A stretch of DNA of 55,976 bases from Candidatus Izemoplasmatales bacterium (GTDB lineage Bacteria; Bacillota_I; Bacilli_A; Izemoplasmatales; Hujiaoplasmataceae), in contig JBFXGX010000011.1 in NCBI GenBank assembly GCA_050177605.1, positions 1-55,976 on the forward strand. Direction: 5' to 3'. The notes beneath the pieces were generated by a model. It made no database searches, was not told the origin of the DNA, and worked only from the letters and a program-made list of their open reading frames with translations. Shown here piece by piece: positions 47,583-55,976 of the stretch; position 1 is the first letter of the stretch, and the number at the start of each line of letters is the position of its first letter. Position numbers and translations under genes: made by a program.

Positions 47583-50381
47583 ATGAAAAAAGTTTTAGCA
47601 GTTTTGATTTTATTACTTAGTTTTTCATTTGTAAGTTGCACCGAAGATGCGACGAAAACGATTGTTTTTCAAACCAATGGAGGAAGTGAAATAGCTTCAT
47701 TGGATTTAAATGCTAATGATGTTTTTGTATTACCTGCAAACCCTACGAAAGACGGATACACATTTGTAGGATGGTACCTTGATGAGACTTGTACGGAAGA
47801 ACCTTTTTCTCAAGATACTTTTAGCGCACATCAAAGTGAATCAACAATTACCTTATATGCTTTATGGAGTTTAAATACAGTAGAAGAGACCTCTTTCACG
47901 ATTATATTTCAGTTAGAAGATGGTACGGTTCTATTAACTTATACAGTAAATGCTGGTGTCACTCCAATTTACACTGGAGAAACTCCTAAGAAGGATAGCA
48001 CATCCACGGAAGCTTATACTTTTTCTGGATGGTCACCAGCGATTACATCCGCAACGCAAAATCAAACTTATACAGCGCAGTTCACTGCACAAACGATAGA
48101 AGTAAGCAGTTTTGACCCGACAGATTTAAACGCGATTATTGGGTATGATATCTATGCCGATTTACCTGAAATATCCTCAAGTGATTATCTCATAATTGAT
48201 GATAGCGGTGATGGTGAAACGTGGGCATATGTAGATTGTTTTGATTGGACGGAAGAGGATGCCCTTGATTATATGGATGCTCTTGATCTAGTATTTTCTT
48301 ATGATGATACTGAAGAGTCATGGATCATAGGCGATTTTTTCCTCTATGTTTATGAAGATACAGATACCTATCCTGGAGAAACAGTCTATGGCATTGGAAT
48401 TTATTCATACGGTGAAAACAATCAAAGTACATCTTTTGATGAAACTACCCTGAATAATTATGCTGGATTTGATGCTTACAGTCTCATGCCGACAATCTCA
48501 ACGAATGATTATGATGTGTTTGACTTTAGTGACGCTACTTTCCTAGAAATCTATGTAGATATTTTTGATTGGACAGAAAATAATGCCCTTGATTATATGG
48601 ATGCCCTTGATTTAGTCTTATCCTATGATGATACCGAAGAATCATGGATTATTGGAGACTATTTCCTTTATGTTTATGAAGATACAGATACCTATCCTGG
48701 AGAAACAGTCTATGGCATCGGTATTTATGGTGATAAAACAACTGAAGTCGTCACTTACCCAGATTTTGATAGTGCCTTCGCAAAGGTATTTACTTTCTTT
48801 AATAACACGACATTGGAATCAATTATACCTTCAATGTCTAACGTGGGTTCACTAACAATTACGCAATTAACCAGTCAAAAATTAAGTATTTCTGGCGTGA
48901 TGAATGCATCGAATAATCAAACCGTAGTGAACGATTGGATTGCTTCTTTACAAACCAACGGTTTTGTTTTAGATAACACGTTAAGTACTAACAATAGTGC
49001 AAATGTTTATGTCTATAATGTGAATACAGACTTATCTTATGCGCTCTATGTTACTTTGAATACGAACGATGTGACCTATACAATTTGGTCCTTTGATCCA
49101 TCTCTTGAAAGTGAAACATTAAGTACCCTTCCTGTAATGGAATCAATTAATCAGTATGAAGAAGCTACTTTTGGAAAATCCGGATTACCATCTACAGGTA
49201 CATTTGATGTATTAGTTATTCCAGTAGAGATACAGGGATATCCTTTCCCAGCTGATTACCTAGCAAACCTAGATATCTTATTTAATGGTACGCCAGCACA
49301 AACTGGATGGCAAAGTGTATCTAGTTTCTATCAAACTAGTAGTTATGGAAAACTTAATATGACCTTTGATATTGCAAATAAATATACTACAACGCACCCT
49401 AAATCCTATTATGAAGGATATGGAAGCGATGGAGACCAATATGCAATTTATGAAGCATTACTTGCGTTAGATTCCTCGATAGACTTTAGCCATTACGATA
49501 CAAATAATGATGGTACAATCGATGCAGTGTATTTCATTTATTCTGTCAATTACGATTATGAACAAGATCCTTGGTGGGCTTGGGTATACGCAGCTCAATA
49601 CGGAAAAGCAGATGAAGTTGGCTTACTAGATGGGAAAGAATTTGCTTATTATATGTGGGCAAGTTATAGTTTCTCACAGGATACAATTGAAGGATATTCT
49701 GGCTTAATATTAGATGCAGAAACATATATTCATGAATCTGGTCATTTAATGGGAGCTCTTGATATGTATTCTTATACAGAAGATTACGGCCCAACTGGAT
49801 CCATGGGAATGATGGATTATAATTGTGGAGATCATGATCCTTTCCACAAAGTATTATTTGGATGGTCAACACCATATGTGACGGTGGGGACAGGTATTTA
49901 TGATGTAACTCTTGAATCCTACGCGCTAGACACTGATGGACTAGGAAGTGCATTAGTCATTCCGTATTCAAATAATGAATTTGCTGATGGAGATGCTTTT
50001 GATGAATTCTTAATCATTATGTTCTATACTCCTGAAGGGCTCTATAACGCTCATGTTGGATTACCATATGTATTAGATCATGCAGGGATTATTGTCTATC
50101 ACGTTGATGCAAGACTTTACAATAATCCATCCTTCTGGGATACTTATTTCTCCTATAACAACGATGGAACATCCGATTTCTTTGCGGAACTATTAGAAGC
50201 AGATAATAATAATTCGCTTGATTATTCCGATATCTCTATGTCAGATATCTTGACAGCAGGTAGTTTTGACTTAAGCGGTTATTCTTGGCACCAAGGTGGA
50301 TCAATGAATATCACGATTACGGTGAATTCGGTCATCACTGATACAAGTGATAACGTCTCTTTTACAGTTACAGTTGAATAA
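47583..50381 (+). CDS. M6 (immune inhibitor A-like) metalloprotease lipoprotein with InlB B-repeats and a duplicated acidic domain
   Basis: Lipobox FVSC; FQTNGGS..PTKDGYTFVGWY; VLVIPVE, SVSSFYQTSSYGKL, IDFSHYDTNNDGTID, HESGHLMGALDMY, MMDYN.GDH; terminator at 50387-50416. Confidence 0.88.
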   Translation: MKKVLAVLILLLSFSFVSCTEDATKTIVFQTNGGSEIASLDLNANDVFVLPANPTKDGYTFVGWYLDETCTEEPFSQDTFSAHQSESTITLYALWSLNTVEETSFTIIFQLEDGTVLLTYTVNAGVTPIYTGETPKKDSTSTEAYTFSGWSPAITSATQNQTYTAQFTAQTIEVSSFDPTDLNAIIGYDIYADLPEISSSDYLIIDDSGDGETWAYVDCFDWTEEDALDYMDALDLVFSYDDTEESWIIGDFFLYVYEDTDTYPGETVYGIGIYSYGENNQSTSFDETTLNNYAGFDAYSLMPTISTNDYDVFDFSDATFLEIYVDIFDWTENNALDYMDALDLVLSYDDTEESWIIGDYFLYVYEDTDTYPGETVYGIGIYGDKTTEVVTYPDFDSAFAKVFTFFNNTTLESIIPSMSNVGSLTITQLTSQKLSISGVMNASNNQTVVNDWIASLQTNGFVLDNTLSTNNSANVYVYNVNTDLSYALYVTLNTNDVTYTIWSFDPSLESETLSTLPVMESINQYEEATFGKSGLPSTGTFDVLVIPVEIQGYPFPADYLANLDILFNGTPAQTGWQSVSSFYQTSSYGKLNMTFDIANKYTTTHPKSYYEGYGSDGDQYAIYEALLALDSSIDFSHYDTNNDGTIDAVYFIYSVNYDYEQDPWWAWVYAAQYGKADEVGLLDGKEFAYYMWASYSFSQDTIEGYSGLILDAETYIHESGHLMGALDMYSYTEDYGPTGSMGMMDYNCGDHDPFHKVLFGWSTPYVTVGTGIYDVTLESYALDTDGLGSALVIPYSNNEFADGDAFDEFLIIMFYTPEGLYNAHVGLPYVLDHAGIIVYHVDARLYNNPSFWDTYFSYNNDGTSDFFAELLEADNNNSLDYSDISMSDILTAGSFDLSGYSWHQGGSMNITITVNSVITDTSDNVSFTVTVE
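48110..48730 (+). repeat. Intragenic tandem duplication, 324-bp (108-aa) period
   Basis: YVDxFDWTExxALDYMDALDLVxSYDDTEESWIIGDxFLYVYEDTDTYPGETVYGIGIY occurs twice; 50 nt identical at 48345-48394 and 48669-48718. Confidence 0.9.
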
Positions 50382-50516
50382 AGAATAGATGCTTGTTTTC
50401 GCAAGCATCTTTTTTTTGGAGTTAGTGAAGATAAAATGAGGATTCTGTGAAGAAGAGATTCTTTGCTTGAATTCTCATATTCTTGCATATATAATACTAT
50501 CAAAGGGGTGAATTGG

Positions 50517-51188
50517 ATGAATGAATTAAAACAATTCTGGAAGAAGTATGGTGCGGGAGCACCCGTGACTTTCGTCCTTATCGCAATTAATTTAGTGTTT
50601 TTTATTATTACTATTTTTGCTGGTGGGTTTGACCCGCTTACCTTATCAAAACTAGGTGCGAATGTACCAGTTTTCATTACACAGAATCATGAGTATTACC
50701 GAATTCTTACCGCGATGTTCCTTCATGGAGGATTTATTCATTTCTTGATGAACATGTATGCACTATATTATTTAGGCAGATCTTTAGAAAGATCCATTGG
50801 GCCTTGGAAATATGGTCTACTTTATTTCCTTAGTGGCATCGGTTCTGGATTCTTTGTTGTTTTTATGTCCCCAAGCAATTCTGTTACAATTGGTGCCAGT
50901 GGCGCAATATTCGGAATTATTGGAGCTTTGTTACTGATTACCTATATACGAAAAGACTGGTTTACGCCTCGTAGTATCCAATCTATTCGGATTATGGTTA
51001 TTTTGAACCTAGTGATTACATTAACCGTACCAAATGTAAGTCCCGCAGGGCATTTAGGCGGGTTTCTAGTAGGATTAGCACTTGGTTATTTCTTAATCCC
51101 TAAACGACCTTATTTTATGAGAAAAGTTGTTGAGTACTACCAAGGCGGAGAAGTCGTTGGTGATGGAGATCCTACAATTATCTCGTAA
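50517..51188 (+). CDS. Rhomboid family intramembrane serine protease
   Basis: YYR..TAMFLH....H..MN, GASG (catalytic Ser), GHLGG (catalytic His); ATG 50517. Confidence 0.93.
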   Translation: MNELKQFWKKYGAGAPVTFVLIAINLVFFIITIFAGGFDPLTLSKLGANVPVFITQNHEYYRILTAMFLHGGFIHFLMNMYALYYLGRSLERSIGPWKYGLLYFLSGIGSGFFVVFMSPSNSVTIGASGAIFGIIGALLLITYIRKDWFTPRSIQSIRIMVILNLVITLTVPNVSPAGHLGGFLVGLALGYFLIPKRPYFMRKVVEYYQGGEVVGDGDPTIIS

Positions 51189-51219
51189 ATTAAATAATAT
51201 GAGACAGTAGGAGGCTTTC

Positions 51220-52302
51220 ATGACTTTACTATTTACGTTAGCACTTGGCCTTATTGCATACTTTTTTGGACAATTTGTACGCAAATTCTTTATTCAAACA
51301 TTATTGATACTTTCTGTTCTAGCACTGATTCCTATATTTAAAGTGGTTCCATTATTCGAAGAAACACTTGTGACAGGCTATGTTGGACTTGCATTTTACA
51401 TCGTTGTGATGTTTGCGGGAGCATTTCCAAAAAGTTCTAAAATCAGTAAGAAACTAAGAAGCGTTCGTAAAGAATACTCGATTTATGGATTCATCGTTTT
51501 ATTTCCACATATCGTCATTTACCTTATGTCATTTCTAAATGGTAGTTTGTTATGGGAAATCTTTGGGGTCATTGGCGTCGTAATCATGATTCCACTATTC
51601 ATTACTTCCTTTACATATATCAAAAAGAAAATGAATATCAAGACATGGATGACTTTACAAAAATACGCATATCTAGTGTATTTGCTTATCTTCATTCATT
51701 TAATTCGAGTTAGTGAACCATCTCATGCCGTGATTTATATCTTTCTTGTGAGTGCATATGTTTCTTTAAAAGCAATTTATTATGTTTTTGAACATCAATA
51801 TTTCTTTAAGTATATGACTACCTGTATTGCACTAGTTATTGCCCTTGGATATGGTATTACTTATGTGTTATCAGTGAATGCTGATAATACTGAAATATTA
51901 AATACAACTTATTACACAACGATTTCCAGTACAACTTCCTTAATCGATACAACGATAGCGGAATCGACGTCTAACTCAATCTCCACGACAACAACATCAA
52001 CTTCATCTCTATCAGTGGAAGGCCCTTTTAAACTAGTAGATGGTGATTATACAGGGTATTCTACTGGATATCATGGTCTTGCTGTAGAAGTAGTTGTTAC
52101 ACTTGAAAATGGATATATTACCAACATTGAAGTTGTTAAGTACGGAGGGACAAGCCCTCAAAGAGGTATCAATTTCGAACAAGCTGCGCTTACCACCGTA
52201 TCGAATATCGTTTTAGGTCAAACGACGAATGTGGATACTGTCGCTGGAGCGACTTATACTACATCAGGAATTATTAAAGCTGTAAAAGATGCTTTATCAT
52301 AA
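51220..52302 (+). CDS. Ferric-reductase-like (MsrQ-type) TM domain fused to an FMN-binding (flavinylation) domain, paralog 1
   Basis: R.EYS..GF...PH, PLFITS, W..LQ..AY..Y.LIFIH; Thr/Ser linker; DG.YTG...GY...V.V.V....I..I...VDTVAGAT.T..GI..AV..AL. Confidence 0.85.
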   Translation: MTLLFTLALGLIAYFFGQFVRKFFIQTLLILSVLALIPIFKVVPLFEETLVTGYVGLAFYIVVMFAGAFPKSSKISKKLRSVRKEYSIYGFIVLFPHIVIYLMSFLNGSLLWEIFGVIGVVIMIPLFITSFTYIKKKMNIKTWMTLQKYAYLVYLLIFIHLIRVSEPSHAVIYIFLVSAYVSLKAIYYVFEHQYFFKYMTTCIALVIALGYGITYVLSVNADNTEILNTTYYTTISSTTSLIDTTIAESTSNSISTTTTSTSSLSVEGPFKLVDGDYTGYSTGYHGLAVEVVVTLENGYITNIEVVKYGGTSPQRGINFEQAALTTVSNIVLGQTTNVDTVAGATYTTSGIIKAVKDALS

Positions 52303-52331
52303 AAAAAAGATGTCGGAGGACATCTTTTTTT
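52302..52331. terminator. Bidirectional terminator
   Basis: A-run-GATGTC-GGAG-GACATC-T-run between convergent genes. Confidence 0.8.
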
Positions 52332-52339
52332 ATGCTTAT

Positions 52340-53944
52340 TTATTCATTCGTATACTCTGATAATGGATGGAAGAATGATTCGTAATGTACCCAAGTATCG
52401 TCGCTGAGATAATCACTATAACTAGCATCAGGAACATAAATCGCAAATTGATCTTCATCGATTAGACCAAGTGAATAGTTTAAGTGTGTCATATCACCAT
52501 ATATTACAAAATCTCGAGAAATCAATAAAGTGACTACGCTACTATTGCTAAAAATAAAATTATCAAGCGTATCTACTGAAATTGGGATAGACAGAGTCTT
52601 TAGGCTTTTTGTAGATACAAAAGCATAGGCGTTGATTCGCACTAATTCATTTCCAAGGTCGAGCATTGTTAGGTTTTGATTAGAAGAGAAGGAATAACTC
52701 CCTAAACTTATAACACCAGAAGGAAGACTAAATTGTTCTAAATCCTTATTTGCCGGGTACTTCACTAATTCCGATCCTTTATAAAGAACACCATCAATGG
52801 TTTGATAAACTGTATTTCCTTCTTCGACGATGATTTCTTCAAGTCCTAATAGTCCATCAATGATGAAATCACCTCTAAAGGTAGAAGGTAGGGTGATTGT
52901 TTTGATGTTTATGTTTTGATAAAAAGCATACTGATTGATATCAGTTACGCTACTAGGAATAGTAAATGATTCTGCAGATAATCCTGCTGGATAGTATATA
53001 AGCGTTGAACCATCTAAAAAGTAGATAACGCCATCTATAAGCTGATATCTAGGATGATCGTCGCTGATTATGAATGTAGATAATGAAGGAACACTCTCAA
53101 ATATTTGTGGAGAGACAATAAATGTATTCTTTGGTATTTCAAGTGTAGTAAGATTAGGTATATCTTGTAGAGAGAATGGACCAAAGGTCATTTGGGTCGA
53201 ATTTGGATAGGCATTTTTATCCATTAAAGTCGTGTAATTTGTATAGACAGTACCCGCTATATTCACCGATTTAATTTGAGTTACCTCTATAATCGGACAT
53301 CCATCTGCGAACGTATACTCACCTTCCTCAATGCTTCCAGAAGTAATAACACACAGATCTGAATACTGATTCATGACTTCATTATACTCTACTTGGCTCA
53401 ATGTTTTAACATAAGGAATCAGATATTCTCCATAGAAAGTAATTGATTCAAGTGAATTACTTCCTTCAAAGACATAATCGTGAAGCAGTATTTCTATTGG
53501 TAAGATTATTTCAACTAAATTCGATTCTTTGAATGAGTGGGATTCAAGGGTCAGTACAATTTTTTCATTGATATAGGTTGGCACTTTCAAGTGAGTCGCA
53601 GCCCCTGTATACCCGGTGATTCCTATGTAACTCAAATCACCTTCAGTAAAACTTTGATACTCAAAAACATCGGAGATTAATTCAAACGTTGCGATAAGTG
53701 TTATACTTTCGCTGGCTTGATATTCATCATAATAAAGATTATTTCCATCAGACCAGCCGACAAAAACAGATAATTCTTTTTCGAGAATAGGCAAACTTAT
53801 CATATCATCATTCTTTGCTTCTATTTCTTGATATACTTCGTCACCCATCATCAATGTGACTTTCAAGTCATCCTTATTACATCCGGATAGACCGACTATG
53901 AACATTAAACTGATAAATAACCCAATCCATTTTTTTGGTTGCAT
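52340..53944 (-). CDS. BspA-type leucine-rich repeat lipoprotein
   Basis: Lipobox LSGC; IPSSVTDINQYAF, LPSGVISLGSYSF, Y..IDGV.Y....L..YPA repeats; ATG 53944. Confidence 0.88.
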   Translation of the reverse strand: MQPKKWIGLFISLMFIVGLSGCNKDDLKVTLMMGDEVYQEIEAKNDDMISLPILEKELSVFVGWSDGNNLYYDEYQASESITLIATFELISDVFEYQSFTEGDLSYIGITGYTGAATHLKVPTYINEKIVLTLESHSFKESNLVEIILPIEILLHDYVFEGSNSLESITFYGEYLIPYVKTLSQVEYNEVMNQYSDLCVITSGSIEEGEYTFADGCPIIEVTQIKSVNIAGTVYTNYTTLMDKNAYPNSTQMTFGPFSLQDIPNLTTLEIPKNTFIVSPQIFESVPSLSTFIISDDHPRYQLIDGVIYFLDGSTLIYYPAGLSAESFTIPSSVTDINQYAFYQNINIKTITLPSTFRGDFIIDGLLGLEEIIVEEGNTVYQTIDGVLYKGSELVKYPANKDLEQFSLPSGVISLGSYSFSSNQNLTMLDLGNELVRINAYAFVSTKSLKTLSIPISVDTLDNFIFSNSSVVTLLISRDFVIYGDMTHLNYSLGLIDEDQFAIYVPDASYSDYLSDDTWVHYESFFHPLSEYTNE

Positions 53945-54163
53945 ACTGTTTATTTTCTCCTTATATTCAATCATAATTTTATATACTTATATTTTCAGTA
54001 TATAGAATTTTTTTTATTTGTAAACATAAATATTCATAAAATACTGTTTATTTGTTAATTTTTTCTTACCTTAACAAAAAAATCCAATAATACAGTCAAA
54101 CAAGCAGTATATTAACTAAGAACCTACATGATTTTCTTTTTTTTGTAGATGAAAGGAGCATTT

Positions 54164-55210
54164 ATGATTGTTTTTTTATTGGCTATTTTACTAGGTGTTA
54201 CAGGGGTTGTTTTAGGGAAATATATTCGCAAAGGACTATTCTATTTGATTACTTTGTCGTTGATTCTTTCCGCCATACCCCTTTTCAAAATCATCCCGAT
54301 ATTTGAAGAATATATTGTTTCTGGCTACATTGGGCTTGCATTTTATGTTGTGGTGATGTTTGCCGGAGCTTTTACGCAAGGATCAAAATTATCAAAGAAA
54401 CTGAAAGCGGTTCGTAAAGAATACTCAATTCTTGGATTTATATTTCTTTTGCCCCATTTTTATATTTATTTATCTGCTTATCTAAGAGGAAGTCTCGCTT
54501 GGGAGTTTTTTGGAGTCGCTGCGTTTTTGATTATGATTCCGCTATTTATAACTTCATTTAGTATTATCAAAAAGAATATTCCTACAAAAAAATGGTTTCA
54601 ACTACAAAAAGCAGCATACTTTGTTTATTTGTTAATCTTTATTCATTTAGTTTTGGTTGCACAGGTAGATCACCAGTTAGCCTACGCGGTAATCTTTGGA
54701 TTGTATACAGTTATGAAACTTAATGTTTCATTGCTAAAAACAAAGAAAGCATTAAAATACGTAGTTTCAAGTGCTGTTCTAGTAGTTGTTGGAGTATTCT
54801 TTTATACATCGTTAACGATTACGGGGGAGGATTCGATAACTGGCAGTGTCCTTGATAATACAATTGCTACAACAACCAGTGGTGAAGATCCTGCGGAGGA
54901 CGTAATACTAACTGGAGATAATCTCGGACCGTTCGCAGTTTCAGATGGTAGTTATACTGGTTATTCAACTGCATATAAAGGCGCGACCGTTGAAGTCGTC
55001 GTTACAGTCGTTGGTGGATATATCACGAATATTTCTATCTTGCAGGACGGTGCAAGTGAACCCGAGCGCGGTGTCGATTTCGAAGCAGCGGCCATTACTG
55101 TCGCGAATAGTATTTTTTCAGAACAACAGTTTGATGTCGATACTGTTGCTGGCGCAACGGAAACAAGTGATGGAATCATCGATGCGGTTATGAATGCGTT
55201 AGGTTACTAA
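54164..55210 (+). CDS. Ferric-reductase-like TM domain fused to an FMN-binding domain, paralog 2
   Basis: Co-linear with 51220-52302 (GYIGLAFYVVVMFAGAF, VRKEYS, DTVAGATETS); ATG 54164 after AAGGAG; terminator at 55230-55257. Confidence 0.85.
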   Translation: MIVFLLAILLGVTGVVLGKYIRKGLFYLITLSLILSAIPLFKIIPIFEEYIVSGYIGLAFYVVVMFAGAFTQGSKLSKKLKAVRKEYSILGFIFLLPHFYIYLSAYLRGSLAWEFFGVAAFLIMIPLFITSFSIIKKNIPTKKWFQLQKAAYFVYLLIFIHLVLVAQVDHQLAYAVIFGLYTVMKLNVSLLKTKKALKYVVSSAVLVVVGVFFYTSLTITGEDSITGSVLDNTIATTTSGEDPAEDVILTGDNLGPFAVSDGSYTGYSTAYKGATVEVVVTVVGGYITNISILQDGASEPERGVDFEAAAITVANSIFSEQQFDVDTVAGATETSDGIIDAVMNALGY

Positions 55211-55338
55211 AAAAATAGGAGTAAAGTAAAAAAAACTTGATTTTTATCAAGTTTTTCTCATTTTTATAAGATTTATCTAAATATATTTGATATAATGCGA
55301 GTATAAGATTTTAACTAAAGTACATAGGGGGGAAACAA

Positions 55339-55976
55339 ATGTTTTGTAAAAAATGTGGATCAAAACTAGAAGACAATGCTTCATTTTGCCCAAATTGTGG
55401 TACCAAAGTAGAGGCTGGATTTACTAGTCCAAAACCATTTGAAACACACTCGGTTGATGAAAGTAAAAATCCAGGTTTCCAACAATCAGCATTCAAAGGA
55501 ACGCAGTTTTCTGTGGGAACAAGTGGAAGCACTAGTTTTGGGAATCGAAGAAACAAAAGTGTTTTTGGCCAAATCATTAAAATTGTTATTGGTGTTGCCA
55601 TCGTTTTTTTCATATATCAATGTTTCTTTGCGGATAACGGACCAATTTATAACATTGAGACTGCGACAAGCATTGACACTGATACCTATCTTCCAGTAGA
55701 TAAGGAAAATACTTTTTCCACAACAACACCAGAAATATTTATTACTTTCTCAATCAGAGATTATGAAATCGGAACAGTCATTCAAGCAGATTGGTATTAT
55801 TTAGATGGCGTTACAGATACATTTGATGGATATATTGATTCATCTTTAGTAACGGTAGCGTATGATGATCAAAACGCATATATCAGTTTGACAAAGCCAA
55901 CGGGGGACTGGCCAGCGGGTGATTACGAAGTAGATTTCTTCGCAGGTGATGACTATGTCATTACGGTAACGTTCAC
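55339..55976 (+). CDS. Zinc-ribbon membrane protein (partial, runs off the window end)
   Basis: Not in the ORF track; ATG 55339 after GGGGGG gives MFCKKCGSKLEDNASFCPNCGTKV...IIKIVIGVAIVFFIY. Confidence 0.82.
   Translation, partial: MFCKKCGSKLEDNASFCPNCGTKVEAGFTSPKPFETHSVDESKNPGFQQSAFKGTQFSVGTSGSTSFGNRRNKSVFGQIIKIVIGVAIVFFIYQCFFADNGPIYNIETATSIDTDTYLPVDKENTFSTTTPEIFITFSIRDYEIGTVIQADWYYLDGVTDTFDGYIDSSLVTVAYDDQNAYISLTKPTGDWPAGDYEVDFFAGDDYVITVTF

Noticed and set aside
1385..55699. Short ORFs in the track lying antisense to or inside longer genes (for example 4753-5100, 23702-24034, 49546-49953, 50279-50677, 55311-55613)
   Set aside because: They shadow well-supported genes and lack recognisable motifs.
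1..55976. CRISPR array, IS element, prophage, tRNA or rRNA genes
   Set aside because: No regularly spaced repeats, transposase, integrase, phage structural genes or cloverleaf/rRNA signatures were seen on reading.

Overview
AT-rich bacterial chromosomal window read with genetic code 11 (several genes end in TGA; no in-frame TGA in long ORFs). The many InlB-repeat lipoproteins, GGDEF/HD-GYP signalling, T-box and sigma-A promoters suggest a free-living Mollicutes-related Bacillus-lineage organism such as Izemoplasmatales or Acholeplasmatales (inference). About 50 CDS are present: glycoside hydrolases (GH2 partial, GH3, GH63-like, GH81, GH18), nucleoside salvage genes, a Trp T-box with a stand-alone trpB, a LytTR/membrane pair, an M6 protease, a rhomboid and two flavinylation-domain ferric-reductase-like paralogs. 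Three items stand out. (1) An ORF-free, ~550-nt, heavily base-paired RNA gene at ~2090-2644 has its own promoter, a ~27-bp end-closing stem and a terminator; it is ROOL-like, lies directly behind an XRE regulator gene, and a similar palindrome precedes both. (2) An RlaP + loop-deleted (predicted CC-adding) tRNA nucleotidyltransferase-HD + two phosphoesterase operon looks like an RNA 3'-end repair module. (3) A 794-bp single-gene cassette at the rlmH 3' end is bounded by SCC-type att-like sites, with no recombinase in the window. No rRNA, tRNA, CRISPR array, IS or prophage was seen. All family calls come from motif reading, not database searches.
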